The notes: generated by a model from the letters alone, not told the origin. Shown: positions 1 to 10,227, numbered from the stretch's first letter. The stretch: 64,000 nucleotides of DNA from Bacteroidota bacterium (GCA_947452555.1 CANGDH010000004.1:53553-117552), one strand, 5' to 3'. A program made the numbers and translations.

Positions 1-2
1 TG

Positions 3-209
3 TCAGAATTAGACGAGCATTTTAATATTTACATTATTAGCGATAATGGAGAAGATGCAAGCATTGCTTCAACAATATTAAAAAAGCAAGGTATACATAA
101 TAATAGAATCGTAAACGATGGCTGGGAAGCAGTTCAATTTTTGAAAGACAAATTCAAATTCGATAAAATTAAAGCTCCTAAAAATTCAGACGATACATTA
201 GACATCTAG
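3..209 (+). CDS. 3' end of a rhodanese-like domain protein (partial, 5' truncated by window edge)
   Basis: Open frame from position 3 to TAG at 207-209: SELDEHFNIYIISDNGEDASIASTILKKQGIHNNRIVNDGWEAVQF...; resembles the rhodanese C-terminal pattern (IYVHCxxGxRSxIAASLLKxxGxxN...GGW). Not in ORF track. Confidence 0.6.
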   Translation, partial: SELDEHFNIYIISDNGEDASIASTILKKQGIHNNRIVNDGWEAVQFLKDKFKFDKIKAPKNSDDTLDI

Positions 210-1099
210 TTATTAGTAACTAATAGCTTACCGTGCTTCTCCGCTTCAAATTTATATTTCCATCTTCGATGACTCCATAAATAATTAGAAGGATATAGTT
301 TTATTTTTTCCTCTAAAACCTTTACATATAAAGCAGTCAATTGACCATCTTTAAAGTAGTTTGGAGAAGTAGTCATAATCTCATATTGTGAATGATAATG
401 TCCTCTACTTGTTCTGTAAAAATGAACAAATACCTGCGCAGTATTATTTAATTTCGCGCCTTTCTCAGGACCTTTTACAAATGGAGTGGGTTGTCCGAAA
501 AAAGGAACCCAAAATGCAGACATAGGATTACCTGGATTTTGGTCTGCAGCTAGAGCCATTGCATAATTACCTTTACTAGCATATTGATGAAACTGATTCC
601 TGAAATTAGTGGCAGGGATCATAATACTGCCATATCTAGAACGCATATCTAAAATCATTTTGTCAAAAAAACGATTCCCTAAAGGCATATAAACTGCAAT
701 AAATGGATACTTACTATATTTTGCTATACCCCAATTTGCAAATTCCCAATTAAAAAAATGTCCAGCCATTATTTGCACACTTTGGCCGGTTTTATGTAAA
801 TCATTTAAGACTTCTACATTTGAAGTAAACCTTTTTTCAAAAGATTTAGTAGAAATTGAAAGTAGTTTAATAGTCTCTATAAATGAGTCCGTAAACTGCT
901 GGTAAAATTCGGATGTGATTTTATTTCTTTCCTTCAACGATTTATTAGGAAATGCGATTGCTAAATTATTTTTAATAACATCCGCTCTATATCTAATTAT
1001 ATATTGCAATAAAAAAGCAATAAAGTCACTGATCCAATAAAAAATCTTCCATGGTATCAAGGATATTAAATAAAACAAACTATAAATAATAGTATACAT
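206..1099 (-). CDS. Lipid A biosynthesis lauroyl/myristoyl acyltransferase family (LpxL/HtrB-like)
   Basis: N-terminal membrane segment, GHFFNWE (HxxxxE), ADQ motif and C-terminal YLWSHRRWK typical of the family. Confidence 0.88.
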   Translation of the reverse strand: MYTIIYSLFYLISLIPWKIFYWISDFIAFLLQYIIRYRADVIKNNLAIAFPNKSLKERNKITSEFYQQFTDSFIETIKLLSISTKSFEKRFTSNVEVLNDLHKTGQSVQIMAGHFFNWEFANWGIAKYSKYPFIAVYMPLGNRFFDKMILDMRSRYGSIMIPATNFRNQFHQYASKGNYAMALAADQNPGNPMSAFWVPFFGQPTPFVKGPEKGAKLNNTAQVFVHFYRTSRGHYHSQYEIMTTSPNYFKDGQLTALYVKVLEEKIKLYPSNYLWSHRRWKYKFEAEKHGKLLVTNN

Positions 1100-1118
1100 G
1101 ATATTAGGATTTCAACCA

Positions 1119-3137
1119 TTATTGGGGATCAACCCAAGCATCGTTTTCTTTTAATAATTTTATTAGCTCATCAACAGCAATGGCACTATCAATATTACGT
1201 TTCATTACTTCCTTACCCTTGTATAAAGTAATTTTGCCAATACCACTTCCTACATATCCAAAGTCAGCATCCGCCATTTCCCCTGGACCATTAACTATAC
1301 ATCCCATTATCGCAATTTTAAGACCTTTCAAGTGATTCGTTACTTTTCTTATTTTGGCCGTAGTTTCTTGTAATTCGAAAAGTGTACGGCCGCAGCTTGG
1401 ACAAGAAATATATTCTGTTTTTGAGATTCTAGTTCTAGTAGCTTGTAAAATGCCAAAACTAGTTGAGTTTAAAAACTGTTCAATAGAAGTATTATTTACA
1501 TAGTTTCTTCCAGATACCTGCCCCATTTCATTCGTACCCTTTTTTGCTTTCTCGTATACTTCAGTCGACAGGTCCAAGAAAATACCGTCACCCATTCCAT
1601 CCAAAAATAAAGCACCTGTCTCAGTTGCAAAATGTATTAAATGTTCGTCGGTACTATTCCAACTACTCTCTGTCATGAGTACAACAGGAGTCTCAATTTG
1701 TAATTCCATTAATTTCACAATCATTCTTCTCACTGCAGGCATTGCGTTCACTAGCCTACTACCTAAACAAAATACGACGGTAGGGTCTTTTGCAATGGTC
1801 TTTAACTGTTCATCCGAAATAGTTGAATTGGTACTATAACAGTCTACCATCACTAAGTTTATAGCATTGCTTTTTTTAGTACTCGCTAAAAATTCAGACC
1901 AGTCGAATAATGGAAAATATTTTTGTACCCCAATTTCAGGCTCCCAATTGGCTTGATTAATAATAACCCTTAAAGTACCTGGTAAATCAAAGTTTAATTT
2001 TTGTGAACCTGTGTAAACGTAGTCTGCTGCTGCATCTGCAATATTCCATTTGTCTGTACTTTCGTTATAGGTATACCCTATTGCCACTAAATTAGTTCTA
2101 TTTATATTTTCAATTTGACTCATATTTGCAATAACCACAGGCACATGAACACCCCCAATATTCTCAATTGTACTTGTATGTCTTCTTTTATATTCAAAGG
2201 GACTATAAGTCAATTTTTCGATTGGTAAAATTGAATTAGTGTTTTGTAGTACTCTGTCGTTATACCTTTTTACAATATCCTTACAAACTGGAATTTCTAA
2301 TTCTGGGTCCTCTGTTAGACTTACTCTAATCGTATCTCCTATTCCGTCCTCTAATAAAGTTCCAATTCCTATTGCACTTTTAATACGACCATCCTCTCCA
2401 TCTCCTGCTTCTGTAACCCCTAAATGTAATGGGTAAGATTCACCAAATTCATTTTGCATTTGTTGTATTAGTAATCGATATGCCTGCACCATAACTTGAG
2501 GATTACTGGATTTCATACTTAATATAATCTGATGATAGTCCAAGCTTCTTGCAATACGTAAAAATTCCATAGCACTTTCCACCATACCATTTGCTGTGTC
2601 ACCATACCTACTCATAATTCTATCACTCAAGGACCCGTGATTCGTGCCAATACGCATTGCAGTTCCATGCGCTTTACATATTAATACCAAAGGAGAGAAG
2701 CGCTCTCTAATACGTTCTATTTCTTCTATATACTCGTCGTCTGTATATTCAATTTGTTCGAATTTCTTTTTGTCAACGTAGTTCCCTGGATTCACTCTCA
2801 CTTTTTCAACTATCGTAGCGGCAATTTCTGCAGCATTTGGTGTAAAGTGAATATCAGCCACTAGAGGGGTATCATAGCCCTTAGCCCTAAGTGCTGCTTT
2901 AATATTAGCTAAGTTGTCTGCTTCTTTTTTACTTGGTGCTGTAATCCTAACCAATTCTGCACCAGCTTCTATACATTGAATCACCTGAGCTACTGTTTTA
3001 TCAGTGTCCATGGTGTCAGTTGTAGTCATAGTTTGCACTCTTATTGGATGAGCTCCTCCAATAGTCAGATTACCCACTTTTACTTCGCGGGTAATGAATC
3101 GCTTATAAGCGGTTAAGGAATTACAATATTGTTGCAT
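1119..3137 (-). CDS. ispG: (E)-4-hydroxy-3-methylbut-2-enyl-diphosphate synthase, long three-domain form
   Basis: IRVQTMT, LVADIHF, RVNPGN, RIGTNHGSLS, HLGVTEAG, GDTIRVSL, C-terminal SCPSCGR and MGCIVNGPGE Fe-S ligands. Confidence 0.97.
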   Translation of the reverse strand: MQQYCNSLTAYKRFITREVKVGNLTIGGAHPIRVQTMTTTDTMDTDKTVAQVIQCIEAGAELVRITAPSKKEADNLANIKAALRAKGYDTPLVADIHFTPNAAEIAATIVEKVRVNPGNYVDKKKFEQIEYTDDEYIEEIERIRERFSPLVLICKAHGTAMRIGTNHGSLSDRIMSRYGDTANGMVESAMEFLRIARSLDYHQIILSMKSSNPQVMVQAYRLLIQQMQNEFGESYPLHLGVTEAGDGEDGRIKSAIGIGTLLEDGIGDTIRVSLTEDPELEIPVCKDIVKRYNDRVLQNTNSILPIEKLTYSPFEYKRRHTSTIENIGGVHVPVVIANMSQIENINRTNLVAIGYTYNESTDKWNIADAAADYVYTGSQKLNFDLPGTLRVIINQANWEPEIGVQKYFPLFDWSEFLASTKKSNAINLVMVDCYSTNSTISDEQLKTIAKDPTVVFCLGSRLVNAMPAVRRMIVKLMELQIETPVVLMTESSWNSTDEHLIHFATETGALFLDGMGDGIFLDLSTEVYEKAKKGTNEMGQVSGRNYVNNTSIEQFLNSTSFGILQATRTRISKTEYISCPSCGRTLFELQETTAKIRKVTNHLKGLKIAIMGCIVNGPGEMADADFGYVGSGIGKITLYKGKEVMKRNIDSAIAVDELIKLLKENDAWVDPQ

Positions 3138-3139
3138 AA

Positions 3140-3880
3140 TTAACGCACTCCTTTTAAAAAGCCTTGTTGTGTCAAAATAGACTTTAAAGCCTGAACATTT
3201 TTATTAAGTATACCTGAATTATTTTTCGCATTGGTATGTAACACGAAAAAGAATGGGTGTTTGTTTTCTTCTACAAAACCTACTATCCAACAAGCATTAT
3301 TTTGAGCAGCATCGGCAGCTGCGATATAACTTAGCTTGTAATTAGCATTGTCTTCCCTTAGAATCATTTTCTTAAAAATTTCTTGAGAACGTTTTTGAAA
3401 ATACAATTCATTAAAATATAATTTTTTTATCAAACCCAATTGTTCGTCTGCTGTAATATTTAAAGAATTATCTGACCAAAAACTATCTAGTTGAGCGCTC
3501 ACGATTCCCTTTCCATAATGTAAAGAGTCGATAGTTTTCATTATTTCAGTTCTTCCTATTTTTTTAATCAATGTACTATAGGCTAAAGTGGAATCCATGG
3601 ACACCCAAGTGCTACTGTCATGCGTGATATATCCCTTATCAATTCCTACTAAAGCAGGTACAATAAAAAAGCTATTTAATGGCGCAAAAGCGGAATCTTT
3701 ATAGCTTGATAAATTATGTATGGTAAACAATTCAGTCCCATTTTCTAATAATGCAAACGAGCCCTGCAATCCAGCACTATCTAATACTTTTGCAATAGCA
3801 GGATCTGATTTTACATTATTAGGAGTACAGCCAAAAGCCACCATTACTATCCATACAATCGAACTAAATTTTTGCTTCAT
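3140..3880 (-). CDS. Lipoprotein with class D beta-lactamase/transpeptidase-like fold, catalytic motifs degenerate
   Basis: Lipobox VAFG-C; recognisable OXA-like segments (IG...DSLHYGK, FWSDNSLNITADEQ, LYFNEL, CWIVGFVE) but SxxK reads NSFF and KTG reads IAA. Confidence 0.75.
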   Translation of the reverse strand: MKQKFSSIVWIVMVAFGCTPNNVKSDPAIAKVLDSAGLQGSFALLENGTELFTIHNLSSYKDSAFAPLNSFFIVPALVGIDKGYITHDSSTWVSMDSTLAYSTLIKKIGRTEIMKTIDSLHYGKGIVSAQLDSFWSDNSLNITADEQLGLIKKLYFNELYFQKRSQEIFKKMILREDNANYKLSYIAAADAAQNNACWIVGFVEENKHPFFFVLHTNAKNNSGILNKNVQALKSILTQQGFLKGVR

Positions 3881-3900
3881 ACTATTAGTTTATAGAAATT

Positions 3901-3908
3901 CAAAATTA
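3901..3908 (-). promoter_or_regulatory. Bacteroidota primary-sigma -7 element (TAATTTTG) for OXA-like gene-ispG-lpxL
   Basis: caaaatta on + = TAATTTTG on -, matching TAnnTTTG, about 20 nt upstream of the ATG at 3880. Confidence 0.6.
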
Positions 3909-3921
3909 CCACATTATATTA

Positions 3922-3957
3922 AATAAAACACCCTGAACATTGGAATGTTCAGGGTGT
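3922..3957 (-). terminator. Intrinsic terminator after FKBP gene
   Basis: Inverted repeat ACACCCTGAACATT/AATGTTCAGGGTGT followed by a T-rich tract on the minus strand. Confidence 0.8.
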
Positions 3958-3976
3958 ACTTTTATAACAGACTATA

Positions 3977-4702
3977 TTAGTTAATTCCTAATAATTCTAC
4001 TTCAAATATCAAAGTAGATCCAGGCCCAATTAAGGCACCAGCAGAACGTTCACCGTATGCTAACTCTGAAGGTATAAACAATTTCCATTTGCTCCCTACT
4101 GTCATTAACTGCAAAGCTTCTTGCCATCCCTTAATAACTCCATTTAATGGGAAACTAATAGGCTCACCTCTTTGAACTGAACTGTCAAAAACAGTTCCGT
4201 TAATTAAAGTGCCATGGTAATGACATCTTACTGTATTTTTTAAAGTAGGTTTTGTGGTATCTGTACCAGCAACTATTACTTCATATTGTAAGCCATTCGT
4301 TAAACGAACAACTCCTGGTCTTTTAGCATTCGCAGCTAAAAATTCAGCGCCTGCTGCACGGTTTGCAGCGATTTTTTCTGTACTCATTTTATCTTGGTAT
4401 GTTTTAATGCAAATATCTAATAAGCTATCTGGAATTACTGACTTGGACTGAACTCCTGCAGTAAAACCTTTTTCAAATAATGACATGCTTATGTCTTGTA
4501 ATCCTTGTCCTTTCATGCTTTGTGCAATTCTATACCCTAAAGCATAAGAAGCACTGTCTTTAGTTGTCTTCAAAGACTGGGCTGCTGTAAAAGTTAACGC
4601 CAGTTTAGGCTTAGAAGTTGGTTTGCCTGCTACCGTTTTTGTTTGCGCCTGCAACGTAACCAATAATCCCAAAAATGTAAAAATTAAAATCCCTTTTTTC
4701 AT
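3977..4702 (-). CDS. FKBP-type peptidyl-prolyl cis-trans isomerase (FkpA/FklB-like, exported)
   Basis: Signal peptide, SYALG dimerisation motif, GLQYEV, HYHGTLINGTVFDSS, VIKGWQEAL, LAYG, TLIFEVEL. Confidence 0.95.
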   Translation of the reverse strand: MKKGILIFTFLGLLVTLQAQTKTVAGKPTSKPKLALTFTAAQSLKTTKDSASYALGYRIAQSMKGQGLQDISMSLFEKGFTAGVQSKSVIPDSLLDICIKTYQDKMSTEKIAANRAAGAEFLAANAKRPGVVRLTNGLQYEVIVAGTDTTKPTLKNTVRCHYHGTLINGTVFDSSVQRGEPISFPLNGVIKGWQEALQLMTVGSKWKLFIPSELAYGERSAGALIGPGSTLIFEVELLGIN

Positions 4703-4748
4703 AGTATCTCTTTTAAAATATAGAATTTATTTAGTAGTCAAAAATACA

Positions 4749-6086
4749 CTAGATATTTAATAATAACTGGATTTGTTTGTCAACTTTAACAATTTCCATA
4801 CTATCTAATACCTTGTTCATTTCTGAGGCTATTTGTGCAGTACAAAGATTACCTATGCTACCTTCATGTGTATGAGCTAGCTGTGTAGAATAAGTGAATT
4901 TTTCTGCTTCAATGGCTAATCCCACTTGCTTGTATGCATCTCTAAAAGGTGTACCAGTATTAACCAATTTATTAACTTCCTCAACGCTAAATAGAAATTG
5001 ATATTTAGGGTCTTCTAATAAGTCCTTTTTGACATGCATATTCTCAATCATCAAGCAGGCCATTTCAATACAATTTTTTAATTGCGTGAATGCTGGAAAT
5101 AAATGCTCTTTCAATAATTGTAAATCACGATGATAACCAGAAGGCAAATTCGTTGTCATCATCATAATTTCATTAGGCAATGCTTTAATGCGATTACAAT
5201 AAGATCGAATTAGCTCAAAAACATCTGGATTTTTTTTATGCGGCATAATACTGGATCCTGTCGTCAACTCTTCTGGGAAACTAATAAAGCCAAAATTTTG
5301 ATTTAAGAACAAACATGCATCCATACTTAATCTAGACAACGTGTCTGCAATATTAGCCATAGCCATAGCAGTTACACGCTCTGCCTTACCTCTTCCCATT
5401 TGAGCATAAACTACATTATAGTTGAGGGTGTCAAAACCTAATAGTTCAGTTGTTCTAGTTCTATTAATAGGAAAAGAAGATCCGTAACCTGCTGCAGAAC
5501 CTAATGGATTTTTATTCACCACTTTGTAGGCGGCTTGTAACATAGTCATGTCATCCACCAAACTTTCTGCATAAGCCCCTAACCATAATCCGAAAGAAGA
5601 AGGCATTGCTAATTGCAAATGTGTGTAGCCAGGTAGTAAATCAGATTTATACGTCTCGCTTTTCCCTTGTAATAATTTAAAAAAAGTTTCAACTGCAGTT
5701 GTTAATGAAATTATTTCTGCACGTAAGAATAATTTAATGTCCACTAAAACTTGATCATTCCTACTCCTAGCACTGTGTATTTTTTTACCAATATCGCCCA
5801 ATTTAGCAGTCAATAACATCTCTACCTGAGAGTGAATATCTTCCACTCCTTCGTCTAAACTAAAATCTCCTTTTTGTATAGTTTGATAAATCTCAACAAG
5901 CGCTGCTTTAAGTTGTACTTGTTCTTCCTTAGTCAGTAAGCCCACTTCGGATAACATGGTTGTATGTGCAATAGAACCTAGCACATCATAAGCAGCTAGA
6001 TACTTGTCCATTGCCTGGTCATTACCAATGGTAAATTTTTCAACAGCAGCTGCTACTTTACTATTCTTTTGCCAAAGCTTACTCAT
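4749..6086 (-). CDS. argH: Argininosuccinate lyase
   Basis: EDIHS, HSARSRNDQV, PGYTHLQ, GSSIMPHKKNPD. Start moved to MSKLWQK (6086), which overlaps the argE stop (ATGAGTAA). Confidence 0.96.
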   Translation of the reverse strand: MSKLWQKNSKVAAAVEKFTIGNDQAMDKYLAAYDVLGSIAHTTMLSEVGLLTKEEQVQLKAALVEIYQTIQKGDFSLDEGVEDIHSQVEMLLTAKLGDIGKKIHSARSRNDQVLVDIKLFLRAEIISLTTAVETFFKLLQGKSETYKSDLLPGYTHLQLAMPSSFGLWLGAYAESLVDDMTMLQAAYKVVNKNPLGSAAGYGSSFPINRTRTTELLGFDTLNYNVVYAQMGRGKAERVTAMAMANIADTLSRLSMDACLFLNQNFGFISFPEELTTGSSIMPHKKNPDVFELIRSYCNRIKALPNEIMMMTTNLPSGYHRDLQLLKEHLFPAFTQLKNCIEMACLMIENMHVKKDLLEDPKYQFLFSVEEVNKLVNTGTPFRDAYKQVGLAIEAEKFTYSTQLAHTHEGSIGNLCTAQIASEMNKVLDSMEIVKVDKQIQLLLNI

Positions 6087-7185
6087 AATATAAAATGTTT
6101 TCAAGTAATTCAATATAGGTTACTATTCCATCCTCGATTTCTTTTATAAATATATATTCGTCCGCAGTATGACTTCTTGCAGAATCTCCAGGTCCCATTT
6201 TTAAAGTTGGGAATTTCATTAATGCTTTGTCTGAGGTAGTAACAGAACCGTAATACCCTTTTCCAAGTGCCAAGCCAGCTTTAATAATTGGGTGTTCTAA
6301 TGCAATACCTGTGGACCTCATTCTTAAACTGCGTGGTGTTACAGTAGCCCCTACATGCTGATTAATTGTTGCTAGTATTTCTTCAAAACTATATAATTCA
6401 TTGACTCTAACATCCACTACCATCTTGCAAGTTGAAGGAACGACATTATGTTGTTTATTGTCTGTTTCAATTACAGTTACTGTCATTTTCACTGCGCCTA
6501 ACAATTCAGAAACCTTCTCAAATTTAAAAGTTCTAAACCATTCAAGGTCAGGTAAAATTTGATAAAGCGCATTCTCTCCTTCGTCTCTTGCAGCATGCCC
6601 TGCTTTGCCAGTAGCCACCACATCCAAAACCATTAAGCCTCTTTCTGCAATAGCCATTTCTAATAAAGTCGGCTCCCCTACTATACCAAATTCAATACTA
6701 GGTAATGAATGTAACACTAATTCGATTCCGTTTTGTCCTGAAATTTCTTCCTCGGCAGAAGCCACAAACACTATATTATAAGGCAAATCTTTTTTATCAT
6801 AATAGAATAAAAAAGTGGCCATTAAACTCACTAAACATCCTCCAGCATCATTACTACCTAAGCCATATATTTTACCATCGTGTTCAAATGGACTAAATGG
6901 TTCAAAAGTGTAGCCTTTGTTTGGCTTTACGGTATCATGATGTGAATTCAATAAAATTGATTTTTTATTCACATCAAAGTATAGATTAGTAGCCCAAATA
7001 TTATTTTTAATACGCTCCGTTTTAATACCATGTTCTTTGAGAAATCGCTCAATTATGACAGCGGTTTGATCTTCCTCTTTACTAAAAGAAGGGATTGCAA
7101 TTAATGTTTTTAATAAATCGATGGCATCTATCTGTAGTGCCTTTATAGATTCTATATTATTGTTTATGTAATTGTTTTGTGACAT
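6079..7185 (-). CDS. argE: M20 family N-acyl-ornithine/citrulline deacylase (ArgE-like)
   Basis: LNSHHDTV, GLGSNDAGG, EEE, GEPT, GHAA, SHTADE motifs; located in the arg operon. Confidence 0.85.
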   Translation of the reverse strand: MSQNNYINNNIESIKALQIDAIDLLKTLIAIPSFSKEEDQTAVIIERFLKEHGIKTERIKNNIWATNLYFDVNKKSILLNSHHDTVKPNKGYTFEPFSPFEHDGKIYGLGSNDAGGCLVSLMATFLFYYDKKDLPYNIVFVASAEEEISGQNGIELVLHSLPSIEFGIVGEPTLLEMAIAERGLMVLDVVATGKAGHAARDEGENALYQILPDLEWFRTFKFEKVSELLGAVKMTVTVIETDNKQHNVVPSTCKMVVDVRVNELYSFEEILATINQHVGATVTPRSLRMRSTGIALEHPIIKAGLALGKGYYGSVTTSDKALMKFPTLKMGPGDSARSHTADEYIFIKEIEDGIVTYIELLENILYYE

Positions 7186-7967
7186 TAGTTTTTGATTGTG
7201 GTACCAGCTGTACCGTTAATTAATTCATTCATTTTTTCTGCCTTGCCAATGATGACTGATTGTACACCACCGTCTAGGGCTAAATAAGCATTGTCGATTT
7301 TGGGCACCATTCCTTCGAAGATGATTTTATCTTCTTTTAGTTTGGCGTAACTGGGTCTATCGATTTTTGCTATGACTGAACTGGGGTCATTCATGTCTAC
7401 TAAGACCCCTTCTTTTTCAAAACCATATATCAAATGCACATCATAAATTCCCGCCAATGCAGTAGCAATACTTTGTGCAATTGTGTCTGCATTTGTATTT
7501 AATAATTGTCCATTAGCGTCATGGGTAATAGGAGCAACTACTAATCTAATATTATTTGAAAGTAAAACTTGAATTAAATCAACATTTACTTTATCAACGT
7601 CTCCTACAAATCCATAATCTATTTTAGCATTTACTCTTTTATGAGCTTGTATTAAATTCCCATCGGCTCCTGTTAAGCCTAAAGCATTTACCCCTAGGCC
7701 TTGTAATTGTGCAACAATATTTTTATTAATATGGCCTGCATAGACCATTGTTACAATTTTCAAAGTTGCTTCGTCTGTAATTCTTCTCCCTTCCATCATG
7801 GTTTGCGCTACCCCCATGGAACTGGCTAAACTAGTAGCCAATTTTCCACCACCGTGCACTAAAATAGCCTGCCCCTTTATGGTAGCAAAAGCTGCTAGGC
7901 ATTCTGTTAACAACGCTGGGTTGTCAACAATATTACCTCCTATTTTAATGACGTATAATGATTCCAT
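7185..7967 (-). CDS. argB: Acetylglutamate (acylglutamate) kinase
   Basis: VIKIGG, VHGGG, GRRITD, GFVGDV, NTNADT, GMVPK. Confidence 0.95.
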   Translation of the reverse strand: MESLYVIKIGGNIVDNPALLTECLAAFATIKGQAILVHGGGKLATSLASSMGVAQTMMEGRRITDEATLKIVTMVYAGHINKNIVAQLQGLGVNALGLTGADGNLIQAHKRVNAKIDYGFVGDVDKVNVDLIQVLLSNNIRLVVAPITHDANGQLLNTNADTIAQSIATALAGIYDVHLIYGFEKEGVLVDMNDPSSVIAKIDRPSYAKLKEDKIIFEGMVPKIDNAYLALDGGVQSVIIGKAEKMNELINGTAGTTIKN

Positions 7968-8028
7968 AATTTGAACGCTTGTTACCTATAAGTTGAATGG
8001 CTATTTTTGTGAAATACAAATAGCTATT

Positions 8029-9012
8029 TTATTTTATTTTATTATTGATTGATTCTAAAATTTCAGCCAATACCGCCTGTGCTGCCCATACTCTATTGGA
8101 AGCTTCCTTAGTTACTAAACTATTTGTGCCGTCCAAAATTTCATCACTCAATTCCACATTACGACGAACAGGTAAACAATGCATCACTTTAGCATTATTG
8201 GTTTGTGCTAATTTTTCGTTAGTCAACATCCAGTTAGCGTCCGTACAAGCTACTTTTCCATATTCCTTAAAGCTACTCCAGTTTTTTACATATACAAAAT
8301 CAGCGTCTTTCAAGGCAGCAGCTTGATTGTTTGTGATAGTTGCACCATTTGTGTATTCTTCTGAAAGCTCATATCCTTCGGGGTGTGTTATCACAAAATC
8401 TGCTTCTCCCCATGCAGTCATCCATTGGCTAAAACTATTAGCCACGCATTGAGGAATTGGTTTTATATGAGGCGCCCAGGTTAACACAATCTTAGGCTTT
8501 TTATTTGTTAACTGCTTATTCTGAGCCATTGACTCATTGATTGTAATGAGGTCCGTTAAAGATTGCAAAGGATGCAATGTTGCAGACTCTAAACTAATAA
8601 CAGGAATTGCAGCGTATTTTATAAATTGATGTATAATTTTTTCTGCATAATCGTCCTCTCTGTTTTGTAAACTTGGAAAAGTACGTATACATAAAACATC
8701 GAAATAGTTGCCTAAAATAGGCGCAGCGTCTTTAATATGCTCCACTGTAATTCCATTCATAATGGCACCTTCTGTAAATTCCAATGCCCAGCCTTCTTTG
8801 TCTACATTAAAAACAATGGGTTCCATACCCAAGTTCTGCGCAGCCACTTGTGTACTAAGTCTTGTTCTTAAACTTGGATTCAAAAAAAGTAATCCAATTC
8901 TTTTATTAGCCCCTAATGCTTTATCCACTAACGGGTCGGCTTTGTATGCCAACGCTTTTTTTACTAATGCATTAACATCACTCACATCCTTTACTGAAAT
9001 AAACTGCTTCAT
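8029..9012 (-). CDS. argF: N-acylornithine carbamoyltransferase ArgF', predicted N-succinylornithine type
   Basis: SLRT carbamoyl-phosphate motif, HPLQ, TWAPH, KNW, HCLPVRRNVE of AOTCase/SOTCase; specificity position reads TVEH (Val, not Glu). Confidence 0.9.
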   Translation of the reverse strand: MKQFISVKDVSDVNALVKKALAYKADPLVDKALGANKRIGLLFLNPSLRTRLSTQVAAQNLGMEPIVFNVDKEGWALEFTEGAIMNGITVEHIKDAAPILGNYFDVLCIRTFPSLQNREDDYAEKIIHQFIKYAAIPVISLESATLHPLQSLTDLITINESMAQNKQLTNKKPKIVLTWAPHIKPIPQCVANSFSQWMTAWGEADFVITHPEGYELSEEYTNGATITNNQAAALKDADFVYVKNWSSFKEYGKVACTDANWMLTNEKLAQTNNAKVMHCLPVRRNVELSDEILDGTNSLVTKEASNRVWAAQAVLAEILESINNKIK

Positions 9013-9016
9013 TCGC

Positions 9017-10168
9017 TTAATCTTTCTTTTGCGTCATTTGTTGAATCGCTACATTCAACCCTGTTAAAAATAAATCTATGTCTTCCATCGAAATTGCTAA
9101 GGAAGGAAGTAAACGTATTACATTTGGCTTTGCTTCGCCCGTAAATATTTTAAAGTCATTTAGTAAAACTTTTTTAAGGTCTTGTAAATGATCCTCCATT
9201 TCAAATCCAATCATTAACCCTCTTCCTCTTACTACTTTCACCCCAGGAGTGTTTCTTAAAGCATTAATTAAATAAGCCCCCTTCTCTGCTGCTGCTTTGA
9301 TTAATTGATCTTGTTGCATAACTTCTATTACTGCTAATGCTGCTGCACATGCTAATGGGTTCCCTCCAAATGTGGTACCTAGCATGCCAAACTTAGCTTG
9401 AATATGTGGCGCAATTAATATTCCACCAATTGGAAAACCATTCCCCATTCCCTTTGCCATTGAATAAATATCAGCATTTACCCCTGCATGATCATGCGCA
9501 AAGAACTGACCAGTTCGACCATACCCACATTGCACACTATCTGCTATATATACAGCACCAAAATTGTCACAACATTTTCTGATAGCTTGTAAGAATTCAT
9601 CACTTGCTTCATGGATTCCAGCAACCCCTTGTATTCCTTCTATAATTACGGCAGCAATTTCTGCGCCATGCTGATTAAAGCATGCTTGTAAAACTGAAAT
9701 ATCATTAAATGGTAAGAATATAATATTATCTGTTTCATTAACAGGTGCCACAATACTTGGATTATCTGTTGCAGCAACTGCTAAAGAAGTTCTTCCGTGA
9801 AATGACTTTTTAAAAGCAATTACCTTTTTTCTGCCAGTATGGAAAGAAGCTAATTTTAAAGCATTCTCATTTGCTTCTGCACCACTATTACATAAGAATA
9901 ATTGAAAATCTTTTTTACCACTTATTTCATTCAATGCGGTGGCTAATTCTTCTTGAATTGGCATGATTACAGAATTCGAATAAAATGCAATTGCATGTAA
10001 TTGATCCTCGATACGTTTTACCCAATGTGCTTGCGTATGACCAATACTAATTACAGCATGTCCACCATACATATCTAAATATACTTGTCCCTTGTCGTCC
10101 CATACGCGGCTACCAGCAGCTTTTGTGATTGCAATAGGGTTTAAGGGATAGACATTGAATAGCGACAT
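9017..10168 (-). CDS. argD: Acylornithine aminotransferase
   Basis: Class III PLP aminotransferase motifs NSGAEANE, SFHGRT, QCGYGRTG, AKGMGNGFPIG, TTFGGNP; arg operon context. Confidence 0.93.
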   Translation of the reverse strand: MSLFNVYPLNPIAITKAAGSRVWDDKGQVYLDMYGGHAVISIGHTQAHWVKRIEDQLHAIAFYSNSVIMPIQEELATALNEISGKKDFQLFLCNSGAEANENALKLASFHTGRKKVIAFKKSFHGRTSLAVAATDNPSIVAPVNETDNIIFLPFNDISVLQACFNQHGAEIAAVIIEGIQGVAGIHEASDEFLQAIRKCCDNFGAVYIADSVQCGYGRTGQFFAHDHAGVNADIYSMAKGMGNGFPIGGILIAPHIQAKFGMLGTTFGGNPLACAAALAVIEVMQQDQLIKAAAEKGAYLINALRNTPGVKVVRGRGLMIGFEMEDHLQDLKKVLLNDFKIFTGEAKPNVIRLLPSLAISMEDIDLFLTGLNVAIQQMTQKKD

Positions 10169-10227
10169 TAGTTATTTATTTAGAATTAAATTATTTATTA
10201 ATAAGCCAATTTAAGTAGGTTAATCAA

